Source: Phaeosaccion multiseriatum (lineage: Eukaryota > Protista > Ochrophyta, other classes). Taken from it: 64,000 nt of DNA. The number at the start of each line of letters is the position of its first letter. Within the stretch, counting starts at the first letter, position 1. Under the pieces are notes generated by a model. It had not been told where the DNA came from, made no database searches, and saw only the letters and a list, made by a program, of their open reading frames with translations. The position numbers were made by a program, and so were the translations under genes. The stretch lies in contig OZ218961.1 of the NCBI GenBank assembly GCA_965112735.1, positions 744,001-808,000 of the forward strand, read 5' to 3'. Of the stretch, positions 12,986 to 36,407 are shown one piece after another.

Positions 12986-13683
12986 GCTCCGTACCGCGCG
13001 GCGCTCTGCAGCAGGCCCTCTGTCTCCTCCGCGAAGGCAACAGATGGTAGGCCCTCCTTGCGATGGATGGCAGTGGATGAAGGGAGAGCTCCTCCCCCGT
13101 CTTCTTCTCCTCCTCCTCCTCCTCCCTCCGCCGTGTAAATGCCATGTACTGTCTCCGACCGCCCTCTTCCGCCTCCTCCTCCTCCTCCTCCTCCTCCTCC
13201 TCCTCCTCCTCCTCCTCCTCCTCCTCCTCCTCCTCCCCCTCCTTCCAGTTCTTGACCCCACTCCTCGCCCCCCACGCGGCTGTAAGGGGCCGCTGACTCC
13301 TCCTCGCCCCCTGTCCACACGTCCTCTTCCCCTGCTGCCCCTGTCTGCGGGGCCTTGCTCGTTCATCATGTTTGTGTGTGTGGTGGTGCGTGCAATGGGA
13401 TGGCAGTTGACGGCAGTGAATGGGTTGAGGTGGAATGAGATGGCAGTGGACGGGATGGGATGGGAGATGGGAAGCAGAGGATGGCAGTGGATGGAAGGTG
13501 AGGTAGGTGCGACACTTGGGCATCACTTCGAATCAGAATGCTTCCTGACGGTGGCCATCGCCATACGCGGGTGTGCGTGCGTGCGTGCGTGCGTGCGTGG
13601 GTCGTTCTTTGACAGAACCCTACCGCACGCCATGTCTCCGTATGCCTTCAACATGCAGCCTGTCCCCACACCAAAAACCTCGC

Positions 13684-14100
13684 TCAACTATTGCCAATTC
13701 CTGACCTCCCCCCACTCCCCCCACCTACCTGTGACTGCTCTTCCTGCCGTACCACCAACTGCTTCTTTTGGTAAGTCTCCTTGGTGTTGATCGGCCTCAC
13801 GGCGGGGACGTACGGGTCGAAGGGCTTTGGCTGACTTACTACGGCGAGGTCTCGACGGTCTCTCTGTGAGTGGATGAAGACCTTGCCCCCCAGGCTCGAG
13901 TCTGAGAAGTACAGAGAGGCGATGGCTGCAGCGAGGATGGGTACTGCGGCGTTGCTCTGCAGGGAGGGAGGGAGGGAGGGAGGGAGGGAGGGAGGGAGGG
14001 AGGGAGGGAGAAGAGTATCAGCTTCGGATTGTTTTTGCAGACCATGTCCACCCGTCCCACCTAACGCACACACCCACCCACGCACACATGGTACACACAC

Positions 14101-14136
<36 letters not shown>

Positions 14137-15184
14137 ATTCACCCAATCCATCCCGGCACACACGCACGCACGCACCCACCCACCCACCCACCCACCTGGC
14201 CGCTGAGAGTGGTGAGGATGAGGGCCGAAGCGAACGGCGTGCGTGTTACGGCAACGTTGAGGCCCGCAGCCATACACATACACGCCAAGACGGGAGGCAG
14301 GCCCAGCCACAGGGACAGAGCCTTGCCAAAGCAGGATCCTTGGGTGGTCGATTGATTAGGTGGTTGGGTGGTTGGTTGGGTGGTTGAGTGGTTGGTTGAT
14401 TGGGTGGTTGAGTGGTTGAGTGGTTGAGTGGTGGTGTCGGGAAGCCGGAGGAAGGGGGTGTGGAGGGGGTGGAGTAGTGGAAGGAGGGGAGCAGGGGTGG
14501 GGGTGTTGGAGGAGGAGAGGGGTGGAGGGGTGAAGGGCGGAGTGGCGGAGTGGAGAGGTGGAAGGGTGGAGGGGTGGAAGGGCGGAGGGGGGTTGAGATG
14601 GAGGAATGGAGGGAGGATGGACACGAGATGAAAGAGATGTGGTGGTGATGGCTGCAACCCTCCACCACCACCATCAGCCTCTACGACATCGCGCTTTCGA
14701 GAGAGGCACCCCATTCCTCACACTCCAACCCAACCCAACCCAACCCAACCCAACCCAACCCAACCACCCACCCCACCCTTCTGGCGCTCCCCGTCCTTTC
14801 CATCCTTCCCCCACCTGCGAAGAAGAGCGGGAAGATGAAGCCTCCCCTCAGGCCGGACTGCACCGTCAGCACAATAGAGACAAGCTTACCCAAGCCCACC
14901 AGCACAAACAGCCACGGCGAGGCCTCCTCGGTATATACCCCTGATTGGGCATCCACAGGCACCCCAACACCATCCACTTGGGGCTCCATTGCCAGGGGCT
15001 GGGCCAGAGGCTGTCCCCAGTGCCAGGGGTCAGGACCTGTGCCCCAGATGCCCCCCTTGGGCCAGATGTGTGCGAGGGGAGTGGCGGGGGAGGCGATGGA
15101 CTGAAGCTCCAGCTCGCTCCAGAACATGCTGTACCACCAACGGGCGTATGTGTTTGGGGAGGGAGGGTGGTGTTTGTGTGTGTG

Positions 15185-15221
<37 letters not shown>

Positions 15222-16254
15222 GTGTGTGCGTAGGCCAGTAGGAGGTGAGAGGTGAGGCAGCAGGGGCGGTGGAGGGGGGATGTACGCATGGGGAGGGACA
15301 CGCGACACACACACACGCACACACACACACACATGTACATGTACACGCACATACACACGCCCACACACATACACACGCACACACACATACACATGCACAC
15401 ACATCCACATCCACACACAAACGTCCACACACATACACACACACACACACACACATGCACACACATACACACACATACACGCACGCACACACACATAGCA
15501 CGAACGGGGTCGGTGCACGCACGTGGGTGGCAAGACGACGCCGAGGAGAGAGATGAGCAGACCCCCGCTCAGGGCCAGCAACACCGGACGCTTTGCAAAG
15601 GCATCTTCGAAGCTCCCGAAGCCGAGGCGCTTCAGAGTCCTGAAACCGTCAGAATGTGCCATCATAAGGCACAGTTGGAGTGAGTTAAGGGGGGGGGGGC
15701 GGGAAGGGGAGGGTAGAGGGCGTGGGAGGGTAGAGGGTGAGGGAGGGAGGGAGAGGGGGAGAGGGGGAGGGGGGTTAGGGGGATGGGGTGGTGGCGGTGG
15801 AGACAAAGAGGGGGGCGGGACGGAGACGGGAGGATCAGTGGGGAGAAGTCAATGGAAAGGAGTCGGAGGGGAGAAGAGCGAATGGGGAGGGGTCGAAGAA
15901 GCTCGCATGAAGGAAGGCAGCCAAGGGTCAAAGTCGCGTGCGTGGAAGAAGGAAAGCTGTCGAGGCCAGCCTTCCTTGGTCAAAATGAGCTTGAGCCACC
16001 ATGGTGCCCATTGCTGTAGTTGCACTGCTGTACAAGTGTACCTACCCACTGACTTACTGCGCCTTAGTTCCTCAATGAACTTACTGCCTACCTGCCCACT
16101 GCCTTACTGCCTTACTGAATTAGTGCCTACCTGCCCACTGCCTTACTGCCTCACTGACTTGCTGCCTACCTGCCCACTGCTCGGTTGGCGATGCCAAAGA
16201 AACGGCCGATGAACGCAGCGAGGAGACCCAGCAACACGCCCATCATCACGTCCT

Positions 16255-16296
<42 letters not shown>

Positions 16297-18637
16297 GAGA
16301 GGGAGAGAGGGAGAGAGAGGGAGAGAGTGTGTGTGTGTGAGAGAGAGGGAGAGTGAGAGAGAGAGACGAGAGGGAGAGTGTGTGGGTGAGGGGGGGAAAG
16401 AGCAAGAGTGAGTGAGAGATACATGAGGGGGACAGATGAAGGTGAAGTAGAGGCATATGGGTAGAGGCAGCCGAGCACCCTCCTCACCTGTGCGTACGCA
16501 GGAGGGAGGGCGGCAAAATCCCAAATGGCGCCGAAGGAGAGGGCCAGGACGAAGCGGAATACGACAAGGCAAAGCACGCCTGCACCCACGGACGGGACGG
16601 CCGCCTGGGATGGCAGTGGATGGAGCGAGCGACATAGGCAGTGGATAGAGGCAGAGGAGGTAAAGAGACATGGGTACACAGGAGGCGGGGGGTTAGTTTT
16701 TAAGAGGGGATGGCCTCACAGCCACAGCTAGGCTCCTTCCTGCCTCTTGCCACTAGCCCGTCATAGTTGAGGATGCAAGCTTGTCGTTGTGCACAGCACA
16801 GTAAGTCAGTGACTGGGGCGGGGGCCCTCGCTCCTCCCCTCTTCCTTTCATGCCATGACACTTGTGTTGAGTCCCTCTCTCCCCGCCCTTCCATCCACCC
16901 GTCCCTCCCTCCCTCCCTCCCTCCCTATCCTTCTCTCCTTCCTTGCCCCCCCCTCCCTCCGCCCCTCCCCTTCCTTCCCTCCCTCCCTACTCCTCCGTCC
17001 CTCTCTCCCTCCCTCCCTCCCTCCCTCCCTCCCTCCCTCTCTCCCTCCCTCCCTCCCTATCCTTCTCTCCTTCCTTGCCCCCCCCCCTCCCTCCGTCCCT
17101 CCCCTTCCTTCCCTCCCTCCCTACTCCTCCGTCCCTCCCTCCCTCCCTCCCTCCCTCCCTCCCTCCCTATCCTTCTCTCCTTCCTTGCCCCCCCCCTCCC
17201 TCCGTCCCTCCCCTTCCTTCCCTCCCTCCCTACTCCTCCCTCCCTCCCTCCCTCCCTGCCTGCCCTTCCCTCCCCTCCCCTCCCCCCCCCTTCCCCTCCC
17301 TCCTTCCCTCCCTCCCTCCGTATCACCAACACCCTCACCTCGAAGAACTGCATCCCCGTCGAATGCATCACCTCCATCCCGAACAAAGCCCCCCCTAGCG
17401 CCACTCCGAAGAAGGCGGACAGGCCCGCACACGCCCCCATCAGAGACAAGTTCCTGACTTTGTGGGGCGGGAGGGGGTCGCCTCCGGACCATTGACCCCA
17501 CTTCATGGCGAGGCCGGCGCACGCACATGCACAGAGGAGGACCAGGGGGGCCTCAGGGCCGAGAGAGCCGCCCGCGGTGATGCTGTGAAGCGAGAGAGGG
17601 GGGGGGGGAGAGGAGAGAGAATTGGGAGGGAGAGGGAGAGAGGAAGGAGGGCGGTAGGGAGGGGAGAGAGAGAGAGGAGAGAGGAGAGAGGGGAGAGGGG
17701 AGAGGGGAGAGGGGAGAGGGGAGAAGAGAGAGGAGAGAAGGAAGAGGGGAGAGGAGAGGAAAGGAGGACCGGGTCGGGGGGGGTGTCAGGACTGGGTAAC
17801 AGGTGTCAGGACTGAGCGTGCGGTGTGTGGTGTGAGCGCGGTCGGGGCGGAAGAAGGGGGGGGAGAAGGCAGAAGGCACTAAAAACTGCAACTGAAAACT
17901 GCAACTGACCTGCAGAGGCTGCAGAGGATCATGGGCAGGGCCGTTCTGATGGGCACGAAGCCGTACTTGTGGATGGCGGTAATGACGTAGGGCAGGTCAC
18001 CGGGGTAGCCAAGCTGAGATATGGCCAGTCCTGGGGCCGGTGCGAGAGAGAGAGAGAGAGAGAGAGGGCGTGGGGGAGAGGGGATGGGGGAGAGAGAGAG
18101 AGTAGATGAGAGGGGGGGTCTTCTCGTGATGAGGTGGAACCAAAGGGAACATGTAGATTGGGTGAAGAGGGAATATAATCATGGAAAGGGCAGTGGGGTG
18201 GGGCGGGGCGAATGAACGCGTCGCTAAAGGAGCCTACCTGCGAGCCCCGCGAGGGTGGTGGATGCGAGGACAGTGTATAGCCAGGCCCACTTGTCCAGCC
18301 ATTCATCGTCGGCCTGAATCAGCGCCGCCACCGGCCCCCACCGGAGGAGGGAGTGGGGCAAGGTCTCCCACACCACTTCGAGCATAGCCTCCATGAGGGA
18401 GTCGTACGCCACTGCGATGGCTCCGCTGACGAGCCCCGCGGCCAGCATCATAAGTACCAGCTCGCCCGCGCATTGCTTGTGCAACTGCAGAGGGTGGTAC
18501 TTTGGATAGGAAGATGCCATCATGTTGCTATTCTCGCCTTCTCTTCCTCCTCCTCCCTGACCGCTCAGGCTGCTGCTGTTGCTCGTGGAGGCAGTGGACA
18601 TCCCATCTCCATCGCTCTTTCCGTTGGCTTGGCCCAT
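13684..18637 (-). CDS. CLC-family anion channel/transporter, bacterial-like, no CBS domains; exons 18637-18238, 18030-17910, 17582-17339, 16604-16488, 16252-16170, 15639-15523, 15128-14815, 14338-14196, 13956-13684
   Basis: CLC signatures SITAGGSLGPEAP, GACAGLSAFFG...GGALFGMEV, GLRGGFIFPLFFAG, AVTRTPFASALI. All junctions are GT-AG with consistent phases. Confidence 0.9.
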
Positions 18638-19069
18638 GTCGCTTCTCTGCGTCCCCTGCTGGTCTTCTGCAATGGCCTTTCTTACTACTCTGTGAATTTC
18701 TTCTGAGAATCAGTACTGAATGTTGTTGCTGTGGAGAATGACAAAGAAAGCGAGTGTGCGAGGAAGAGGAATAGGCAAGAGAGAAATAAAGACATCGAGG
18801 GGTGGAAGAAGGAGGGGGAGAGAGTCATAAGAGAGAGAGCAAAAAGAAAGATTGGGAAAAGTCTTCTTCCCCTTTTCTTTCTTCGACTATTTGGTCCCAC
18901 TCTTCTGCCTTATTCCTGATTATTTTTCTCACCACTAGTTGTATCAGACGACTGGAACCAGCAAGTGCTGCATCAGTGTGTTGTCACCCAGCAGAGCAAA
19001 GCAGGTTCTTTCTGTTGGTTTTTTTCCCGCGTCATGAAGCGCCCGCAACTACCTGAAACTCACGTATTT

Positions 19070-20420
19070 AATGACTTACTTCCCACGGCGGCTGGTGCAG
19101 GATACGGTTTTTTAAAGATTTTGAGGGCATATCGGTGTCGACGCATGGAGGGGTCGAGTTTACCCAGTAGAGAGGGCCTCTGCTCGTCTGGTAGGGGCCG
19201 TCGAGTCTCCACCCGTGAGTGCAAGGTGAGAAGGGTAGGGGGTTGCTGCTGTGCGTTGCCAGTACTCGGTTGATGTCCGCGACGTTGGTGTGGCCTAGTC
19301 GATAGTGCCAACGCAATCCGTAGAGCATGCGTTTGCTGTGGTCGCTGGCGTGTGGGGCAGCGCCCCCAGGAGGTGTGCTGTCTTCATCGTCGTTAAGGCT
19401 CTCTCTTCTCTCTCGATTGTATCGGATCTCGAGGGCGAGGAAGTAGTGGATTTGTCCGAGGTCCTTGATGTCCGGACATCTCGGAAGCAGTGCACACAAG
19501 GCCGCCAAGCGCATCCTTCGCTACTTGCGAGGAGTGCCTTCACTGGGCATCCACTTCGGCCGTCCTTCCCGCTCCATCGAGTCCTCTCCGATCGAGCGCG
19601 ACCTCACCGCCTTCTGCGACTCAGACTGGGCTGGTGACACTGGCACGCGCCGCTCTATCGGCGGCTTTGCCATCTACTACAACTACGGCTACGGACCCAT
19701 CGCTGTGCTCATCGCTGTGCCAGGCCAGGCGATGGGTCCGTGGTTGTAGTAGATGGCAAAGCCGCCAATAGAGCGGCGCGTGCCAGTGTCACCATCGAGA
19801 TATGCTCCATTCGCAAAACCCTCGCCTCCATCGACGGACCGCTAAGGACAGCGACAACTATATACGGAGACAATATCGGCGGCAACGCCCTCGCCAATGG
19901 AGGCAACCTACCCAAGAAGCTCAAGCACACCGCAGTCAAGGGACACTTCGTTCAGGACCAAGTCGCCCAAGGCAAACATCTCTGTGGAGTACATCTCTAC
20001 CCACGAGCTGATCGCCGACATCTTCACGAAGGCCGTGCCAATCGCGCGCTTTCGATACCTTCGCGACTTCATCGTCGCCTAGGATCGCTTTCTACACTCC
20101 TTACCTTCCGCGCACAAAGCGAGAGGGCGTGTTGGAAGAAATTGTACATTGGACTTGTGTTCTGTGGACGCGCCTTCTGCGCCCACACTGTGATGACATG
20201 TCCTGCAGTCAATCATGCCACGCTTATCTTCCCCCCTCGGGGACTAGGGGCACAACTAGTGCTCACAACCAGATTAATAGACCAAAATAGGACATTCCCA
20301 TCCAATCTCTGCCGCAAGTGATCTTCGTACAGAATATCAGTCTAACGTACCGTACTCTCACCCATACGTATACCTGTGTAGGGTCATTCTGTCGGACCCT
20401 TTGGCTTGGTACTTCCAACA
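19070..20420 (+). mobile_element. Degenerate, rearranged Ty1/copia LTR retrotransposon remnant
   Basis: Plus strand, RT end/RNase H: KAAKRILRYLRG, AFCDSDWAGD..TRRSIGG, IYGDN, KH, EYISTHELIADIFTK. Minus strand: RT fragment DIKDLGQIHYFLALEI and GAG-pre-integrase WHYRLGH. Frameshifts present. Purine tract 20116-20129 precedes the LTR. Confidence 0.93.
20130..20420 (+). repeat. 3' LTR (291 bp)
   Basis: Starts TGTTGGAAG and ends CTTCCAACA (perfect 9-bp inverted termini, TG...CA). It lies immediately after the polypurine tract that follows the RNase H stop. Confidence 0.9.
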
Positions 20421-20649
20421 TCCGCAGACACTTAGTTCTCATTTTTCATTCACCATTTACGTTTACCAAATAAACAAAGGAGCTGATGTTCTGCTACCGC
20501 CTCCTTAGCGACGTCTTGCCACTCCTCCTCACATACATACAAAGGACAAAATATACATACATACATACATACAAAGGGCAAAGGACAATATATACATACC
20601 TTTCCTGCCTGCCCGCTTATGACTCGCATCAAAACAGGAATATCGCCCT

Positions 20650-21082
20650 ACTCCTCCTCCTCCGCCTCCTCCTCCTCCTCCCCTCCTCCTCCTTCTCCTC
20701 CTCCTCCTCCTCCTCCTCCTCCTCCTCCTCCTCCTCCTCCTCCTCCTCCTCCTCCTCCTCCTCCGCCTCCTCCTCCTCCTCCTCCTCCTCCTCCTCCTCC
20801 TCCTCCTCCTCCTCCTCCTCCTCCTCCTCCTCCTCCTCCTCCTCCTCCTCCTCCCCTCCTCCTCCTTCTTCTTCTCCTCCGCCTCCTCCTCCTCCTCCTC
20901 CTCCTCCTCCTCCTCCTCCTCCTCCTCCTCCTCCTCCTCCTCCGCCTCCTCCTCCTCCGCCTCCTCCTCCTCCTCCTCCTCCTCCTCCTCCTCCTCCTCC
21001 TCCTCCTCCTCCTCCTCCTCCTCCTTCTCCTCCTCCTCCTCCGCCTCCTCCTCCTCCGCCTCCTCCTCCTCCTCCCTCCTCC
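20650..21082. repeat. (CCT)n/(GGA)n tract directly downstream of the MCC alpha stop codon
   Basis: About 430 bp of nearly pure CCT. Confidence 0.95.
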
Positions 21083-26553
<5,471 letters not shown>

Positions 26554-26689
26554 CGTGCCTCTGCTCCTCTCTCTTCTCTACATATCGGGAAAGAGTAAAG
26601 TGGGAACGGGTTGGGGGGATCCCATTGAGTGCCATCGCGGAGTGTCTAATAGTAAAGAAGATAGAAGGAAGAGGAAGAGGGGGGAGACT
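26554..26689. promoter_or_regulatory. Putative bidirectional promoter (136 bp between divergent start codons)
   Basis: The MCC alpha ATG at 26553 (-) and the DDAH ATG at 26690 (+) are head-to-head. No specific element identified. Confidence 0.55.
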
Positions 26690-27574
26690 ATGAAGAGCGT
26701 CCGTAGCTTGTCAGTTCATCGTCCCCTTTCTTCTCTAAAGAGAGCCTACACTGTGGCGATTGCTCGAGACCTGCCCGACTCGTTTGCGGATGCCCTTGTG
26801 GAGCACTCGGCAGACCCTTCGCCCGTTTCCGTAGAGGTGGCTCGCGCTCAGCATGTGGCTTACCTGAAATCTATGCGACGGAAACTGCCGACTATATCAC
26901 TTCCGGCAAGCAGGGAACACCCCGATTCGTGCTTTGTCGAGGACACAGTTGTAGCAATCGCCGACCGAGCAGTCCTGACCCACCCAGGTCACGAGAGTCG
27001 ACGGGGGGAAGTGAAAGCTATGGGCAAGATCCTCGAGCAGCTTGGAATGCAAGTGTTTGATATGAAGTCCTTGAACCCCAATGCTTTCTGTGACGGCGGC
27101 GACGTGCTGTGGACCGGTCGTCACTTGTTCGTGGGACTTTCGGCCCGCACCAATTCCTTGGGAGCAGACATACTGCAACAGTGCCACAACGACGTTCTAA
27201 AGTATCCAGTGAAGCAAGTCAACAGCGAGTCGCTCCAACAAGGAGGGGAGTCTCTACATTTGAAGTCCGTGGTCACGCACTTGGATGCACACACCTTGGT
27301 GGCTCCAACCGGACGTGTTGGAGACTCCTTCCTGGAATTGATGGAGGCGGATCGACTAGGGTATCAAGCCGTTCGTCTACCGCAGGTACTGGCCTGCAAC
27401 TTGGTCGTGGTCAATGGTACCATACTGGCGCAAGCATCTTCGTGCCTGGAGTCGCGGCAAGTGCTCCAGCAGGCCGCCGAGGAGCGTCACTTGAGCCTGG
27501 AGTTTGTAGATACGTCCGAGCTTGCAAAGAAGGATGGAGCGCTAACATGCTGTAGCGTCTTACTAGAAGTATGA
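26690..27574 (+). CDS. DDAH: N(G),N(G)-dimethylarginine dimethylaminohydrolase (amidinotransferase superfamily), intronless, 294 aa
   Basis: Motifs ARAQH..Y, PDSCFVED, SRRGE, DGGDVL, GLSARTN, LHLKS, ELAKKDGALTCCS (catalytic Asp/His/Cys). Confidence 0.93.
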   Translation: MKSVRSLSVHRPLSSLKRAYTVAIARDLPDSFADALVEHSADPSPVSVEVARAQHVAYLKSMRRKLPTISLPASREHPDSCFVEDTVVAIADRAVLTHPGHESRRGEVKAMGKILEQLGMQVFDMKSLNPNAFCDGGDVLWTGRHLFVGLSARTNSLGADILQQCHNDVLKYPVKQVNSESLQQGGESLHLKSVVTHLDAHTLVAPTGRVGDSFLELMEADRLGYQAVRLPQVLACNLVVVNGTILAQASSCLESRQVLQQAAEERHLSLEFVDTSELAKKDGALTCCSVLLEV

Positions 27575-27810
27575 TGATTCAGTTCTTGTATATTATGTAG
27601 GAATGTATATATATATATATATATTCCGTAGGAGTCTATACACATTATTCGTGCTCTTCCAATACAGCGTACGTGCGTGAGTGCGTGCGTGAGTGCGCGC
27701 CGCTTGGTGTGGGCCTCTTGCTTTGCTTCCCTCCCCCCTCTCCTTTCGTCTGACGAAGTAAACTTCTTGGCGGGTAGTCATTGGTGTCAGGCCAGCCATC
27801 AGGAGGGCGG

Positions 27811-34867
<7,057 letters not shown>

Positions 34868-35037
34868 CACGCCTTGGTCTTGGCAACAGGACTGAGTACT
34901 ACGTCCACTATACTTCGTCTTGCCACAAAAAGATTCCATCCCTCTCCTCTTCGTAACGGGCAGTTTCCAATTTCAGATCAAAGGAGGGGAGGGGAGAAAA
35001 CCAATTTGAGAAGAAGAGAGATTGGCTGCCAACACGT

Positions 35038-35603
35038 ATTTCCAGGGGGTGCCAAAGCAGGGCGGGCAGACGCGTCTGCCTCGCCCCTACTCCCATCCAC
35101 CCCGTTGGATTCCCGATAATCCCACTCGTCCCCCCGGGCCGGGCGGGTGGGGAAACTTTTGCTGTCGCTGCCGTCTCCTTCGCGCGGTGGACTGCTGGGC
35201 TGCTCCGCCCCTTCGCTGTCCTTCTCACCGCGCTGAGCTCTTCGGCACTTGCTACAACTCTTGCGACGCCGTACTCGCGTCGCCTCCTCTTTTACAGTAG
35301 TGAATGCTAAATTCTTGCTCTACCCCGGTGGGCTGAGCGTCATACGTGGCCGCACGGGCCATTGGGCCCTCGCGTCGGTCGGCGCGGCGTGCCGAAGAGC
35401 TCAGCGCGGTGAGAAGGACAGCGAAGGGGCGGAGCAGCCCAGCAGTCAACCGCGCGGAGGAGACGGCAGCGACAGCAAAGTTTCCCCACCCGCCCGGCCC
35501 GGGGGGACGAGTGGGATTATCGGGAATCCAACGGGGTGGATGGGAGTAAGGGCGAGGCAGACGCGTCTGCCTGCCCTGCTTTGGCACCCCCTGGAAATCG
35601 CCC
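35038..35603. mobile_element. Non-autonomous long-TIR element (MITE, Mutator-like)
   Basis: Near-perfect inverted repeats of ~210 bp (35038-35248 and 35389-35598) around a 140-bp spacer. ACGTATT(T)CC occurs at both flanks (35034 and 35604), consistent with an eroded ~9-bp target-site duplication. Confidence 0.8.
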
Positions 35604-36407
35604 ACGTATTCCACCATTCCGTGGTCCCTTGGGTGATGGTTGGGAAAGTACGAAGTACCACTATAAGGAAAGGAGGAGAGGAAGAATCGACAATACACAA
35701 CTCTATATTTTTCACAATCACATTCTCCCTCATTATTAATTAAATTAGCCCAACGCTCAAGAGCCTTGGTGGGAAGCAAGCGGCAGCCCCCCCCCCAGGG
35801 AGAGGGAAGGTACGCGTTCCCCGATAAATTAATTCCCCTCCTTTCCATCCCTTCACTCACTCACTCACTCACTCACTCACTCACATCACAAACTATACAA
35901 AGCGCCGTAAACAAACACACATACCATGTAGGAGCGCCTGTGGGGAGGAGACTTGCATCACATCAACTCACCTACCCAAGCGCCTACTGGACACTCCGCG
36001 AGAAACATCCCGCTCTGCCCGCTTTTGTCCGTCCATCCATGCCATTCCATCCGTCCCTCCCTCACCTTCTCCACTCCTACACCACGATTTCTCTCTTCGT
36101 TCTTCAATCAATCCAGCCATCCATCCATCCCTGTCATCTCCATCTCGTCCCCCAGAGTCTCGGGCTGCCGGTCCTCCCACAAAGGGGGAGGGACGTGGGG
36201 GAGTCTGCCCTTTCACACCCACACACCACACACCACACACTGATCACACAAACCACATTCTCCATGCTGTCGCATCGAGCCCCGATCGTCCACCCGCGTG
36301 TGGGTGCGTGCGTGCATGTTTCTAAATCTCACTGCTCTGTGAGCAGGATCTCGACCACGACCACCTCGTGTGGGTGCGTGCGTGGTCCAACTGTGGGTCT
36401 CACTGAC

